IMG/VR virus record: IMGVR_UViG_3300013006_000024
Location: 1 to 64,000 of that record
Direction: 5' to 3' (one strand)
Origin: a virus
Length of the DNA stretch: 64,000 bases
The position numbers and the translations under genes are program-made. The notes beneath the pieces are model-generated. The model saw nothing but the letters and a program-made list of their open reading frames with translations. It was not told the origin of the DNA and ran no database searches. How positions within the stretch are numbered: the stretch's first letter is position 1; each line of letters starts with the position of its first letter. Below, piece by piece: positions 18,942-30,105 of this stretch.

Positions 18942-19810
18942 TGAAGGTTTTATTTATTGCAGACGGGCTTTGTGATTATCAAAGTGATACTATTTTTCAC
19001 GGCTTGTATGATCTGTTGGGTGCTGATTTTACTCATTCAAATGAGTATCATTTTATGTATAGAGAGCAGACTAATGTAACGGATCTAATTAATAGATGCT
19101 CTGGCCGCGGATTTACAATGTGGGGGCATCTACCGAAATATTATAATGATAATTCTGACCTCGAATCAAAGATTAAAAATAAATTATTTGATTATATAAT
19201 ATATGGTAGTATTAGACGTAATAAAAACTATCTAGAGCTAGTAAAGCAATATTATCCTAAAAATAAAATCTGTTTTATAGAAGGAGAAGACTGCACGGGT
19301 GTTTTTGATACTGATGGTATTATACTCTTTAAAAGGGAATTAGTTTTTGAACCTACAACGTTATTACGACCAATTTCCTTTGGTATACCACCAAAAAAAA
19401 TTGTTACTGATACTACTATTATTAATAAGACAAGGGATATAGCTGAATATATACCTAGCTCACCTGGTACAGGTTATATTTTTGAAAATGAAGACGCATA
19501 TTATAATAACTATAAAACAGCTAAATTCGGTATAACGAAGAAAAAATCTGGTTGGGATTGTATGAGGCACTATGAAATTTTGGCAAATTATTGTATACCT
19601 TTATTTGAAAATTTAGACGCGTGTCCTTCATGTACTATGGTAAATTTTCCTAAAGAGGATATTATTAATATTAATAGAAAGTTTATTAGTAATGATTTAT
19701 CTCATTTAGAGTATAATGATGTATTAAATAAACTATTTGAATATACTAAAATAAACCTCACGACAACTGCAATTACAAAATACGTATTAGATACGCTTAA
19801 AAATCTGTGA
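18941..19810 (+). CDS. Glycosyltransferase-like protein (GT-B type C-terminus)
   Basis: FIEGED, FKRE, AKFGIT.KKSGWDCMRHYEILANYCIP. Confidence 0.55.
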   Translation: MKVLFIADGLCDYQSDTIFHGLYDLLGADFTHSNEYHFMYREQTNVTDLINRCSGRGFTMWGHLPKYYNDNSDLESKIKNKLFDYIIYGSIRRNKNYLELVKQYYPKNKICFIEGEDCTGVFDTDGIILFKRELVFEPTTLLRPISFGIPPKKIVTDTTIINKTRDIAEYIPSSPGTGYIFENEDAYYNNYKTAKFGITKKKSGWDCMRHYEILANYCIPLFENLDACPSCTMVNFPKEDIININRKFISNDLSHLEYNDVLNKLFEYTKINLTTTAITKYVLDTLKNL

Positions 19811-21264
19811 TTCAATTTTTATACGATATTAAAAAATGTACGGCTATAATTTCTGGTGATAAGCTAGAAGAAATACGCGAAACGTTTTCTGTAAAGAACG
19901 ATGCAGCTTTTTTCGTTCGCAAGCGTTACGGAAGATTTTTACCACAACGTATATATGCTATAACACCAACAGGTAGATTTGAGCCCGGTCTTTATTTTGA
20001 GATAAGAAAATATTTAACTAACAACCAATATATTGGTGAAGTTACAACGGAGTCAGGATTAACAGAGTATATAATACCTGCAAGTAAATGGAAGTCTAAT
20101 CCACATTATAGTGAAAATATTGTGCCTCTTACTTTACCCTTAAGAGATTACCAGGAAGAGATAGTTAAGAAAGCATATACAATCGGTAGAGGTACAATTG
20201 TATTAGCAACCGCAGGCGGTAAAACACTTACAGCAGCTTCTCTTCTAACTAAACTATTTCTTTTATATGGATCAAAATTTAACTGCTTATATATTGTTCC
20301 TGATCTAGGTCTAGTACAGCAAACATTAGGTGATTTCAATTCATATAATGTACCATTTACAGTGCGTAAATGGACAGGAAGCTGTCCTTTAGAAGGAAGC
20401 GCAAACGTAACAGTAGCCAATCTAGGTATTTTACAAAGTAAAAATACAGATTTATCTTGGATAGAGGATATTGATTGTCTAATTGTTGACGAGGTTCATA
20501 AAATTAGAAAAGGCAATGAGGTTAATAAGATTATAAAGAAAATAAAAACACCCGTTAGATTTGGTTTTACGGGTACTATGCCTGAGAATTTAATAGATCA
20601 ATGGAACATTATAGGAAAGATAGGGCCAATAATTTATGAAAAGCATAGTCACGAATTACGATTAGAGAATTATGTTAGTAATGCACAGGTGCAGATTTTT
20701 AAATTATTATTTAAAGAAGATCCATTTAAAGATACGGTTATCTCTTCTGCTAATCTATATAGAGAAGAGCAGCGCTTTTTAATGCGCAGTCAGTTTAGAA
20801 ATAATGTTATTGGAAAAATATCATGTAAGCTGGCAAATAATACTCTGATTTTAATCGACTTTATTGAGCATGGCGAGACTCTCTATAAAACTATTAAAGA
20901 AATATGCCCAGATAAGCAAGTTTATTTTATTCGCGGCGAGGTTGAAGTAGCTGAAAGAGAGAAGATTAGAGCTTTAATGGAGAATAGAACCGATGTTATA
21001 GTTGTAGCGATTTCTAAGATATTTTCGACCGGTATTAATATTAAAAATTTACACTACATTATATTTGCATGCGGCGGCAAAGCTAAGATTAAAATTGTCC
21101 AATCTATAGGACGAGGCCTTCGCTTGCATAAGGATAAGGATAAGCTTATAATATTCGACATCGCCGATAACTTCAAGTATAGCTCTGCTCATATGGAGAA
21201 GCGAATAAACCTTTATGAAAAAGAAAAAATACAATACAGCATTAAAGAAATCCAAGAAGCCTAA
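19807..21264 (+). CDS. uvsW: UvsW-like SF2 DNA helicase
   Basis: LRDYQ, ATAGGKT, DEVH, GFTGT, QSIGRGLR. Confidence 0.9.
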   Translation: MIQFLYDIKKCTAIISGDKLEEIRETFSVKNDAAFFVRKRYGRFLPQRIYAITPTGRFEPGLYFEIRKYLTNNQYIGEVTTESGLTEYIIPASKWKSNPHYSENIVPLTLPLRDYQEEIVKKAYTIGRGTIVLATAGGKTLTAASLLTKLFLLYGSKFNCLYIVPDLGLVQQTLGDFNSYNVPFTVRKWTGSCPLEGSANVTVANLGILQSKNTDLSWIEDIDCLIVDEVHKIRKGNEVNKIIKKIKTPVRFGFTGTMPENLIDQWNIIGKIGPIIYEKHSHELRLENYVSNAQVQIFKLLFKEDPFKDTVISSANLYREEQRFLMRSQFRNNVIGKISCKLANNTLILIDFIEHGETLYKTIKEICPDKQVYFIRGEVEVAEREKIRALMENRTDVIVVAISKIFSTGINIKNLHYIIFACGGKAKIKIVQSIGRGLRLHKDKDKLIIFDIADNFKYSSAHMEKRINLYEKEKIQYSIKEIQEA

Positions 21265-21823
21265 AGCTGAGGAATCTGCTGATGCAGATCAGATAAAAAA
21301 TGATCCAGATCTTAAAAAGATTATGTCTAAAGGTGTTATGGCTACGCCAGAAGTTACGCCCACCGGTAAAAAACTTAAGCCAAAGGAAAAGGTTTATTAT
21401 GTTAACGGTAAAGAGTTTGAAGAAGAGATACGTGTATACTATAAATCAGGTGTTGTTTCTCAGAAACTCGGTGAAAGCATTACAAAGATTGCAAACGGGT
21501 TATCTTATGCACCCAATTTTATTAACTACTCCTATAAGGATGATATGATAGGCGATGCAATCGTAAAAATGTTTTCCGCATTACGTAATCAAAAGTTTAG
21601 ACTTGATACTGGGTTTAGCCCCTTCTCTTATTTTACAACAATTGCATTTCATGCTTTTATTAATCGGATTAAGAAAGAAAATAAGCATCATGCCGTACTA
21701 AATGAATATCGTGACAAAGTATATACGGATTTAATGCTAAGCCCAGATGGAAACGGGAATACATATAACATTTATGTAGAGCCAAGCGACGACGACAATT
21801 ATAATACAAGTAGTGAAAGCTGA
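21215..21823 (+). CDS. gp55: Late-transcription sigma factor (T4 gp55-like)
   Basis: YYVNGKEF, KIANGLS..PNFINYSYKDDMIGDA, PFSYFTTIAFHAFINRIKKE. Confidence 0.88.
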   Translation: MKKKKYNTALKKSKKPKAEESADADQIKNDPDLKKIMSKGVMATPEVTPTGKKLKPKEKVYYVNGKEFEEEIRVYYKSGVVSQKLGESITKIANGLSYAPNFINYSYKDDMIGDAIVKMFSALRNQKFRLDTGFSPFSYFTTIAFHAFINRIKKENKHHAVLNEYRDKVYTDLMLSPDGNGNTYNIYVEPSDDDNYNTSSES

Positions 21824-22886
21824 TAAAGAAATAACACTCAGCACAGATAAAGTTTGTTGTATTTCCGATATACATATTGGTGTACATCAGAATAGTCTTG
21901 TGTGGCACGAAACAGCTCTAAAGTGGGCTGAATGGCTTAAATCTGAATTACAGAAAAAGAAGATAAAAGATATTTTTATACTCGGTGATCTTTATCATTA
22001 TAGAGATGAAATTGCTGTAAATACAATCCATGTTGTTAATCAAATATTAAAACTTTGGGAAGATTTTAATATTGTTATTTTAGTAGGCAATCATGATTCT
22101 TATTATAAAGACAGAACTGATGTAAACTCATTATCTATTCTTAACGGGTGGAAGAATATTAAAGTTATTAGTGAGATACATCATTGTACAATTTTAGGTA
22201 AAAAGGTTTCGTTTGTTCCGTGGGGTGCAGATATATCTAAATTAGAAGAAAGTGATTTAATGCTTGGTCATTTAGAAATAGAAAGCTTTAAAATGCATAG
22301 CTATAAGCTATGTGATCATGGAATAAAATCTACCGATCTTTTATCTAAAGCTAAGCTTATTATGAGTGGTCACTTTCATCTACGCGATGAAAGAAAATAT
22401 AATGATAAAACTATTTTATATATTGGCAATCCTTTTGAAATGGATTTCGGTGATACCGGCGACACAAAAGGATATTATATTTTAGACTTTAATGATTTGA
22501 ATTATAAATTCTACGAAAATACTATTTCACCGAAACATAAAAAAATAGCTATTTCAGAGCTATCCAAGTTTGTAGCCCTTAGTGCAGCAGATATAAAAAA
22601 TAATATTCAAAATAATATTGTTAAAGTTTTAATTGATAAAAATATTCAAACCGATGATATTGACCTATTAATACAAAAGCTTTCAGCTCATCAACCATTT
22701 AATCTATCTGTTGATTATTCACTATATAATAACAGTGTCGTTGTCAATGACGATCAAGCGTGTGATATATCGGGAGTAGATATGAGTAAAGCTATCGAAG
22801 AGTTTATTGAGATACTTGATATAGAGAAAAAATCAGAAATATCCAAATATTGTGTTGAGCTTTACAAAAAGGCAGTTAATAAATGA
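21813..22886 (+). CDS. gp47: Recombination endonuclease subunit (Mre11/SbcD-like)
   Basis: SDIHIG, LGDLYH, VGNHD, GHFH metallophosphoesterase motifs. Confidence 0.9.
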   Translation: MKADKEITLSTDKVCCISDIHIGVHQNSLVWHETALKWAEWLKSELQKKKIKDIFILGDLYHYRDEIAVNTIHVVNQILKLWEDFNIVILVGNHDSYYKDRTDVNSLSILNGWKNIKVISEIHHCTILGKKVSFVPWGADISKLEESDLMLGHLEIESFKMHSYKLCDHGIKSTDLLSKAKLIMSGHFHLRDERKYNDKTILYIGNPFEMDFGDTGDTKGYYILDFNDLNYKFYENTISPKHKKIAISELSKFVALSAADIKNNIQNNIVKVLIDKNIQTDDIDLLIQKLSAHQPFNLSVDYSLYNNSVVVNDDQACDISGVDMSKAIEEFIEILDIEKKSEISKYCVELYKKAVNK

Positions 22887-24694
22887 AGAACGTTGTTTTT
22901 AAAAGCATTAGTATTAAGAATTTTTTATCGGTTGGTAATCAGCCTGTCAAGGTAGAGTTTAAACCCGGGCTTCATATTATTACAGGCGTTAATAGAGATA
23001 AGGAGGATCGTAGAAACGGTGTCGGTAAATCTACAATAGCTGATGCTATATATTTTGCTGTGTTTGGTGAAACACTGCGAGATCTTAAAAAAGAAAATAT
23101 TATTAATAATGTCAATCGTAAGGGCTGTGAAGTTGTTCTTGAATTAGCAATTAATAATATGGATAAAAAAGAAGATATACAGATTATTAGAACTATTGAG
23201 CCTTCGAAATGTTATCTTTATATTAACGGAGAGGATAAGACGAGAGATAGTATAACAAATACGACATCTTATATTGCTTCGAAGATCAGTAGCAACCCAG
23301 AAGTATTTCAAAACTGTGTTATTATGACCATAAACAACACCATACCGTTTATGGCAAAGAAGAAGCAAGAGAAGAGAAAGTTTATCGAAGATATTTTTAA
23401 TCTTAGTGTATTCGGTGATATGTTAGATATTCTTAAGACAGATATTAATGAAAAGAAAAAAGTATTTGATATAAGCGTTGCAAAGCATGATGAGATACAG
23501 AAAACAATTCTTACATATGAAAAGCAAAAAGAAGCTTCTTCTTTCGAGAGGTATAAGAAAAAGGAAAAATATCTCACGCGTCAAGAAAACAATACAAAGG
23601 AAATAAAAGAAATAAATGATAAGCTTACTAAGTTTGTTCTACCGGATGTTGAGCAAATTAAAAAAGATATAGCAGAGCAAGAAGCCAATACATTAAAGGT
23701 TGATAATAAGCTCAAGGATGTTCGACATACTATCTCAGAAAATACAACTCTTATTTCACAATGCAATAAGAAACTAACTTCTGTAGGTACGGATAAAGAG
23801 GTATGCCCGACGTGCTTGAGATCGATAGAAGAGACAGACAGGAATCATATTAAAAATGAAAAGAAGAAGATAAAAGTTGAGATTGAAAATTATGAAACTG
23901 ATATTGAGAAGTTAAAGGTTGAAGAAAAGCAGTACATAACATTACAGAATGCTCTAGATACTAGAATTCAAAAACTAAGAGAAAATGCATCTGAATATAA
24001 GCATAAAGTTAAAGAGAAACAGAATCTAGAAGAAAGGTTATCGCAGCTAGAGAAGTGGCAGATTGAACTACAACAAGATTTAAAAGATATCGATAACGAT
24101 TCGAATTCTTTTGATGCGCTTATTCAGGAGCAAAATAAAAGACTTACCGATATTAAGTCTGAAATAGATTCTATTAAGAAAGATTTAAATTTATTCGATG
24201 TAGTTAAGTTTGTTGTATCTGAAGAAGGTGTTAAGTCATATATCGTTAAGAAGATATTACAACTGTTCAATAGTAAGCTAGCATACTACTTGAAAAAGAT
24301 GGATGCTAATTGTATTTGTACGTTTAATGAGTATTTTGAAGAAGAGATTATAGACAATAAAGGTAAAAATTGTTCCTATTTTAACTTTAGCGGAGCCGAG
24401 CGTAAGAATATTGATTTAGCATGTCTTTTTACTTTTATGGATATTCGCCGTCTGCAGGGTGATGTTTCTTTTAATTTTAGTATATATGACGAACTTTTTG
24501 ATTCGAGTTTAGATGAGAGAGGTGTTGAGTTAGTTATTAGTATTCTTAAAGAAAGAGTGGAGAAGTATAAAGAATCAATTATGGTAATTAGTCATAGAAA
24601 AGAAAGTATAAAAGCTGCAACAGGTGATATTATTTTCCTAGAAAAGAATAATGGTATAACAAAACGAGTTGATTACAAAGAGTATACCATTTAA
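22883..24694 (+). CDS. gp46: Recombination ATPase subunit (Rad50/SbcC-like)
   Basis: KNFLSVGN, NGVGKST, CPTC zinc hook, FSGAE, DELFDSSLD. Confidence 0.92.
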   Translation: MKNVVFKSISIKNFLSVGNQPVKVEFKPGLHIITGVNRDKEDRRNGVGKSTIADAIYFAVFGETLRDLKKENIINNVNRKGCEVVLELAINNMDKKEDIQIIRTIEPSKCYLYINGEDKTRDSITNTTSYIASKISSNPEVFQNCVIMTINNTIPFMAKKKQEKRKFIEDIFNLSVFGDMLDILKTDINEKKKVFDISVAKHDEIQKTILTYEKQKEASSFERYKKKEKYLTRQENNTKEIKEINDKLTKFVLPDVEQIKKDIAEQEANTLKVDNKLKDVRHTISENTTLISQCNKKLTSVGTDKEVCPTCLRSIEETDRNHIKNEKKKIKVEIENYETDIEKLKVEEKQYITLQNALDTRIQKLRENASEYKHKVKEKQNLEERLSQLEKWQIELQQDLKDIDNDSNSFDALIQEQNKRLTDIKSEIDSIKKDLNLFDVVKFVVSEEGVKSYIVKKILQLFNSKLAYYLKKMDANCICTFNEYFEEEIIDNKGKNCSYFNFSGAERKNIDLACLFTFMDIRRLQGDVSFNFSIYDELFDSSLDERGVELVISILKERVEKYKESIMVISHRKESIKAATGDIIFLEKNNGITKRVDYKEYTI

Positions 24695-24697
24695 TAT

Positions 24698-25906
24698 ATG
24701 AATATGTTTCCAAGCCCGTTTGTATCGCCTTTTGCTTCTCCTTTTCCCCAAGCTATGCCTAATATGCCAAAGCAAAAAGAGGCACCACGTCCACCAGAAT
24801 TGGATTTACCAAGAGCTCTAAATTACTATGCTGACTATAGTGGTTGCGGATTTTGGAGAATGATTTGGCCAGAGCATGTACTTAACGCGCATCAAAAATT
24901 TATAGTACATGGTAGTACAGTAATGTGTTTTGATCCTAATTATTATCGGGGAATTAAAGCTGTGCGTATTCAAAGACAAGCTACACCACATCAATTACGA
25001 TTTGTTAAATTTTTAAAAGAAGTCAGCAAGCAAGCTGGGTTTAAATTGATATATGAAATTGACGATCTTGTTTTTATTGAAGATATCCCGGAGTATAATA
25101 AATTTAAACCTGCATTCGCTGATCCAGAGATTAGAAAAACAGCACAAGAAATTATGAGCATGTGTGATGAAATAACAGTTACTTGTGACTTTATGAAATC
25201 ATATTATGCTGAAAAGACAGGTCACAAAAATATTACAGTAATACCTAATTTCCCTCCTAAGTTTTGGATGGGCAACTATTATAATGAGAGAAAAATTTCT
25301 GATAACTATGATGAATTTGAAAAGAGACCTCGTATATTGTATGCTGGATCAGGAGCGCATTTTGATGTTGAAAATAGAGTTGGATTTGATGATGATTTTG
25401 CGCATGTAATTGATACTATTATTAAGACACGTCACAAGTATAGGTGGGTATTTTTAGGTGCCTTTCCTATACCCCTACAACAGTATGTAGCCAACGGTGA
25501 TCTCGAATTTCATCCCTGGCAACAACTCTATAGCTACCCGGAGAAAATTTATAATTTGAGAGTTAATATGATGGTTGCACCATTACAGAACAACACATTT
25601 AACAAAGCAAAAAGCGATTTAAAGTATATTGAAGCATGCTGCTATGGCATACCGATTGCATGCCAAAATCTCATTACATATAAAGATGCTCCCATTAAGT
25701 TCCAAACCGGAGAAGAGATGATCGGCTGTATTGAGGATACATTGAGTAAAAAGGGTAAATATATGAATAGCTGCGCAAAGTTTAGAAAAGTTGCAGAAGG
25801 TAGATGGCTTGAAAATGAAGACAATGTTAACTGCTATACCGAACTTTATGGCCTCCCGTATGGCGATCCCAAGAGAGTACTGCTAAATAAAATTAACGGA
25901 ATATAA
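24698..25906 (+). CDS. GT-B glycosyltransferase
   Basis: SGCGFWRM, YEIDDLV, VIPN, APLQNNTFNKAKSDLKYIEA. Confidence 0.7.
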   Translation: MNMFPSPFVSPFASPFPQAMPNMPKQKEAPRPPELDLPRALNYYADYSGCGFWRMIWPEHVLNAHQKFIVHGSTVMCFDPNYYRGIKAVRIQRQATPHQLRFVKFLKEVSKQAGFKLIYEIDDLVFIEDIPEYNKFKPAFADPEIRKTAQEIMSMCDEITVTCDFMKSYYAEKTGHKNITVIPNFPPKFWMGNYYNERKISDNYDEFEKRPRILYAGSGAHFDVENRVGFDDDFAHVIDTIIKTRHKYRWVFLGAFPIPLQQYVANGDLEFHPWQQLYSYPEKIYNLRVNMMVAPLQNNTFNKAKSDLKYIEACCYGIPIACQNLITYKDAPIKFQTGEEMIGCIEDTLSKKGKYMNSCAKFRKVAEGRWLENEDNVNCYTELYGLPYGDPKRVLLNKINGI

Positions 25907-25967
25907 TAAATCGTCCGCATATAAAAGTTTAACTTTTATTTTTGTGAATTGATATTATAATAGTATT

Positions 25968-28550
25968 GTGTATAGGAATGTAGCATACTTACCTAGAGAG
26001 CAGCTAATGAGGCTCTTTACATGGGATCAGAACGGCAAACGTATAGCCGTCGATACTACCTTTGAGCCATATATTTATTTAGAAACAAATAATAAACCGG
26101 ATAGTACAAGTATATTCAATACAAAGCTTAAGAAGAAAAAATTTCGTAATCAAGCCGAGAGATCTCGATATCTTAAAGATAATAAAATAACTCGCATATT
26201 TGAAAATTTAAATATTCAGCAACAATTTTTAATTGATAGTTTTTGGGAGCTTAATGAACGACAGGAATTTACTAATCAGCAGATAAGAGTGTTGTTTATC
26301 GATATTGAGACATATAGCCCAGATGAGTTTCCAAAGCCTGAAGATCCCCAGCATCCTATTAATGTTATAACAGTATACGATACTTTAAGAAGACAATTTA
26401 TAACATGGGGATTAAAACCATATCATAAGAAAAACGAAAACGGTATATACATTTATTGTAAGAGCGAGAAAGAGTTATTATCTAAATTTATAAATTTCTT
26501 TACTTCTGACTACCCGGATATTCTTTCGGGATGGAATAGCGAATTCTTCGATGTACCTTATATTATTAACCGTATTACAAGACTATTAGGTGAAGAAGAA
26601 ACAAAAAGATTATCACCAGTAGGGTATATAAGACCGATTGTTTTTAAAGGCAGGTTTGGTAGAGAGCAAGTGCATTGGCATATTGAGGGCGTTTCCTGTG
26701 TTGACTATCTTGATATCTATAAACGATTTTGCCCGGTACTTAGAGAGTCATATAAGCTAGATGCTATTGGCGAAACAGAGCTCGGTGAAAATAAGATTGA
26801 TTACGGGGATACAAATCTCGCAAGTCTAGCAGATGATAATTGGGAATTATTTATTGACTACAACATACAAGACGTAAATCTGCTTATTAAACTAGAGGAA
26901 AAATTACAATACTTAAAATTACTTAGAATGATAGCATATGCAGGCTTAACTACTTTTGAGGGTGCTCTAGGGTCTTTATCTGTTATTACCGGTCTATGTG
27001 CTGTAAGAGCTAGGATGCGTCAACAACGAATTCCTACTTTTAATAGAGAAGTTACAAACACAGAACAAAACGCTGGCGCTTACGTTGGCGATCCGCAGAG
27101 AGGATTTCAAGAAAATATTGTATCGTTTGACGCTAATAGCCTATATCCAAATGTAATGATCACATTAAATCTTTCACCAGAAACGAAAGTAGGTGTAATA
27201 ACAGAGAAGACTGATAAAGAGATTACCATACAGCATGTAAATGGTCAGACGTTTAATTTATCACATCAGCATTTTGTTGAATTTGTTAAGAAAGAAAAGA
27301 TAGCAATATCTAAGGCTAAGGTACTCTTTACGCAAAAAGAAAAAGGTATTATTCCAGAAACGGTAGATCATTTTTATAAAAAGCGAGTTGAAATCAAACG
27401 AGAGCTTAAGCTTGCTAAGAAACGTTTACTAGATATACAGAAAGATACCGATGAATATGCAAAACTATCTATTCAGATTGAAAATCTAAATATTACCCAG
27501 CATACTATCAAGATTTTAATTAATACAATTTACGGCTACTTTGGTAACAAGCATAGCCCGCTAGGTGACGACGAACTAGCAGAGTCAATTACATTAACTG
27601 GTCAAGCAGTTATTAAGGAATCGAATAGATTGCTAGAAGAATATATTAAGGAAAAGACCGGTCTTACAGATGAAGAATTAAAGACTAGCTCACCTATTAT
27701 TTACAACGATACAGATAGTTCCTATATATCCATCAGGCATATTGTTAATAAGACAGGTCTTAAAATGCTTAATAGTAAAGGTAAGATAACCCCGGAATAT
27801 TATAAAGTTGTACAAGATATTGAAGACCATTTAAATGAAAAAATAATTGAATGGGGTAAATCCGCTCTTGGTTCGATAGATTGCAGGCTAAACTTTAAAA
27901 GAGAGGCAATTGCAGATGCAGGATTATTTTTACAGAAAAAGCGATATGTATTACACGTATTAGACGAAGAAGGTATTCCTTGTGATAAATTTAAATATAC
28001 TGGCGTAGAGGTTGTAAGGACTACGATGCCTGCTCCTATTAAACCTTACGTTAAGAAAATTATTGAGACCATGCTTCTTACGAAAGATCTAGCGCAAACT
28101 AATAAGCTTTTTAATGAGACGTATGATATTTTTAAGAACTTGCCTATTGAAGATATAGCGTTTGTAATGGGTATTAAAGGGTATGAAAAGTACGCAGCGC
28201 AATGTGACGGATTTAAAACTGCCAAGCATATGCCTATCCATGTTAAAGCTGCATATTTTTATAACATGTTATTGGATCGGTTTAATACGGGTAAGAAGTA
28301 TGAAAAAATATCATCTGGTGATAAAGTTAGATATTTTTACGCTAAACAGCCAAACAGATTTGGCATTACTACAATAGGGTACAAGTATTCATATCCAAAG
28401 GAATTTGCCGATAACTTTCTTATTGACCATGAATTAATGTTTGAAAAGATTATTTTTTCTGTAATTGAAAGATTCTATGAAGCTGTAAATTGGAAGCTTC
28501 AATCGCCTGGTACACAGGTACAAACAAATTTATTTGAATTACTGCAGTAG
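25968..28550 (+). CDS. gp43: Family B DNA polymerase
   Basis: DIET, GWNSEFFD, YNIQD (exonuclease); SFDANSLYP, KILINTIYG, YNDTDS, KKRY. Confidence 0.95.
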   Translation: MYRNVAYLPREQLMRLFTWDQNGKRIAVDTTFEPYIYLETNNKPDSTSIFNTKLKKKKFRNQAERSRYLKDNKITRIFENLNIQQQFLIDSFWELNERQEFTNQQIRVLFIDIETYSPDEFPKPEDPQHPINVITVYDTLRRQFITWGLKPYHKKNENGIYIYCKSEKELLSKFINFFTSDYPDILSGWNSEFFDVPYIINRITRLLGEEETKRLSPVGYIRPIVFKGRFGREQVHWHIEGVSCVDYLDIYKRFCPVLRESYKLDAIGETELGENKIDYGDTNLASLADDNWELFIDYNIQDVNLLIKLEEKLQYLKLLRMIAYAGLTTFEGALGSLSVITGLCAVRARMRQQRIPTFNREVTNTEQNAGAYVGDPQRGFQENIVSFDANSLYPNVMITLNLSPETKVGVITEKTDKEITIQHVNGQTFNLSHQHFVEFVKKEKIAISKAKVLFTQKEKGIIPETVDHFYKKRVEIKRELKLAKKRLLDIQKDTDEYAKLSIQIENLNITQHTIKILINTIYGYFGNKHSPLGDDELAESITLTGQAVIKESNRLLEEYIKEKTGLTDEELKTSSPIIYNDTDSSYISIRHIVNKTGLKMLNSKGKITPEYYKVVQDIEDHLNEKIIEWGKSALGSIDCRLNFKREAIADAGLFLQKKRYVLHVLDEEGIPCDKFKYTGVEVVRTTMPAPIKPYVKKIIETMLLTKDLAQTNKLFNETYDIFKNLPIEDIAFVMGIKGYEKYAAQCDGFKTAKHMPIHVKAAYFYNMLLDRFNTGKKYEKISSGDKVRYFYAKQPNRFGITTIGYKYSYPKEFADNFLIDHELMFEKIIFSVIERFYEAVNWKLQSPGTQVQTNLFELLQ

Positions 28551-28587
28551 TTGATTTTAATAAAGTTAATAATAAAATAAACTAATT

Positions 28588-28944
28588 ATGAGCGACAAAC
28601 AACTAGTTACCTTTATTGACCATATTGGTCGTACAATTCTTGCAACTCTAGAGAGTTCTGACAAAACAACAATTACAGTAAGAAATCCTGCTATTATACA
28701 TGTGCAGCCCACACAGCAGGGGCAACTCAATGTGCAGACAATTCCTCTATATTTTAGAGAATTTGTTGGCCCTAAGAGTAAGGAAGCTGGTACTACTTGG
28801 AAATTTAATCTAGCAAGTATTGTAATGGGAGAAGATATTGACAATGATGCTAGATTGGTAGATCAGTATCATAAGCTATTTGCAGCGCCTACTGTTTCTT
28901 CTGCAGGCCAAGACGAAAAAACAATTAAGTTGTTTGACGAGTAA
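28588..28944 (+). CDS. Hypothetical protein
   Basis: 118 aa ORF with its own TTGATT-N16-TAAAAT promoter. Confidence 0.55.
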   Translation: MSDKQLVTFIDHIGRTILATLESSDKTTITVRNPAIIHVQPTQQGQLNVQTIPLYFREFVGPKSKEAGTTWKFNLASIVMGEDIDNDARLVDQYHKLFAAPTVSSAGQDEKTIKLFDE

Positions 28945-28952
28945 TTTATTAC

Positions 28953-28980
28953 TTGTTTTTAAACTTACTTCATATATACT
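28953..28980 (+). promoter_or_regulatory. Sigma70-like promoter TTGTTT-N16-TATACT (uvsX)
   Basis: 6 nt before ATG; same geometry at many replication genes. Confidence 0.65.
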
Positions 28981-28986
28981 AAAACT

Positions 28987-30105
28987 ATGAGTAAAGATCT
29001 TAATAAAATATTCGCGTCGCTAGACAAGCTTAATAGCGAGGCATCGATGTTAAATGAAAATGCACTTAGTAAAGTTGATGAGTGGTTTGATACTGGATGT
29101 TACGCTCTTAACGCTATTCTCGGCGGTAGTTGTCGTAGTGGTGGCGTACCTAAGGGAAGAATAACCGGTTTCTCTGGACCTAGTCAGACAGGTAAGACAT
29201 TTATTGTAAATAAGATTCTTGCTACTGCGCAGAAGAAAGGTCTTACTCCTGTTATATTTGATACCGAGATCGCTATTGATGAGAATAGTACAAAGGGAGT
29301 CGGATTAGACCCGGAAGGCACAAAATATGTACCTGTTGATACCATTGATCAGTGCCGTAATCAGATTAGTGCTTTTCTTGATAGCGTAATCGAAAATAAC
29401 GCGAGAGGTAAGTTTATTATTAGTATTGATAGTTTGGGTAACTTAGCCTCACAAAAAGAGCTTGATGACGTAGCTAAAGATAAATCTGCATCAGATATGG
29501 GTCTTCGCGCAAAGTCTTTAAAGAGTATGTTCCGAACGTTAACCTTTAAAGCTGCTAAGGCTGGTGTTACGATTCTATTTACAAACCATACTTACGAAGA
29601 CCCTGCTTCGATGTTTCCAAGTCTTGTAAAAAATCAGGCTGGAGGCTCAGGCCCGGTGTATATGGCTAGTATTCTAGTACAGCTTGCTAAGCGTCATGAG
29701 AAGGAAGGTGAAGGTGATTCCATGGATGCAGATGATAAGAAGCTTGCAGAAGCCAATAAGTACAGTGGTACAACACTTCGTGCGCTAACTGTTAAGAATC
29801 GCTTTCTCCCACCGTTTTTAGAGACAGAAATGTACCTTTCCTTTAAGACTGGTCTTAACAAGTATAGCGGGTTGCTTGGTATGGCGACTGCAAGAGGTAT
29901 CATTGAACAAAATGGTGCAACATATACTGTTGGTATTACTAGCGGTAAGTATAAAAAAGGTGATAAACTAGGTTATGCAAAGACTTTTGCAAAAGACCCC
30001 GCTTTCTACGAGGAGTTTATTATTCCAGAACTCGACAAGCGCTTAACAGAGGAATACAAATACAACGTTAATGAAGCGCCAAGCGAAGAAGAGCCCATCG
30101 CGTAA
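28987..30105 (+). CDS. uvsX: RecA-like recombinase
   Basis: DTGCYALNAIL, GPSQTGKT, FDTE, IDSLGNL, DMGLRAK, TNHTY. Confidence 0.92.
   Translation: MSKDLNKIFASLDKLNSEASMLNENALSKVDEWFDTGCYALNAILGGSCRSGGVPKGRITGFSGPSQTGKTFIVNKILATAQKKGLTPVIFDTEIAIDENSTKGVGLDPEGTKYVPVDTIDQCRNQISAFLDSVIENNARGKFIISIDSLGNLASQKELDDVAKDKSASDMGLRAKSLKSMFRTLTFKAAKAGVTILFTNHTYEDPASMFPSLVKNQAGGSGPVYMASILVQLAKRHEKEGEGDSMDADDKKLAEANKYSGTTLRALTVKNRFLPPFLETEMYLSFKTGLNKYSGLLGMATARGIIEQNGATYTVGITSGKYKKGDKLGYAKTFAKDPAFYEEFIIPELDKRLTEEYKYNVNEAPSEEEPIA

Noticed and set aside
27700-27725. Polymerase motif C variant YNDTDS as an adaptation to modified bases
   Set aside because: The catalytic DTDS is intact and this position varies among family B polymerases; no support from sequence alone.
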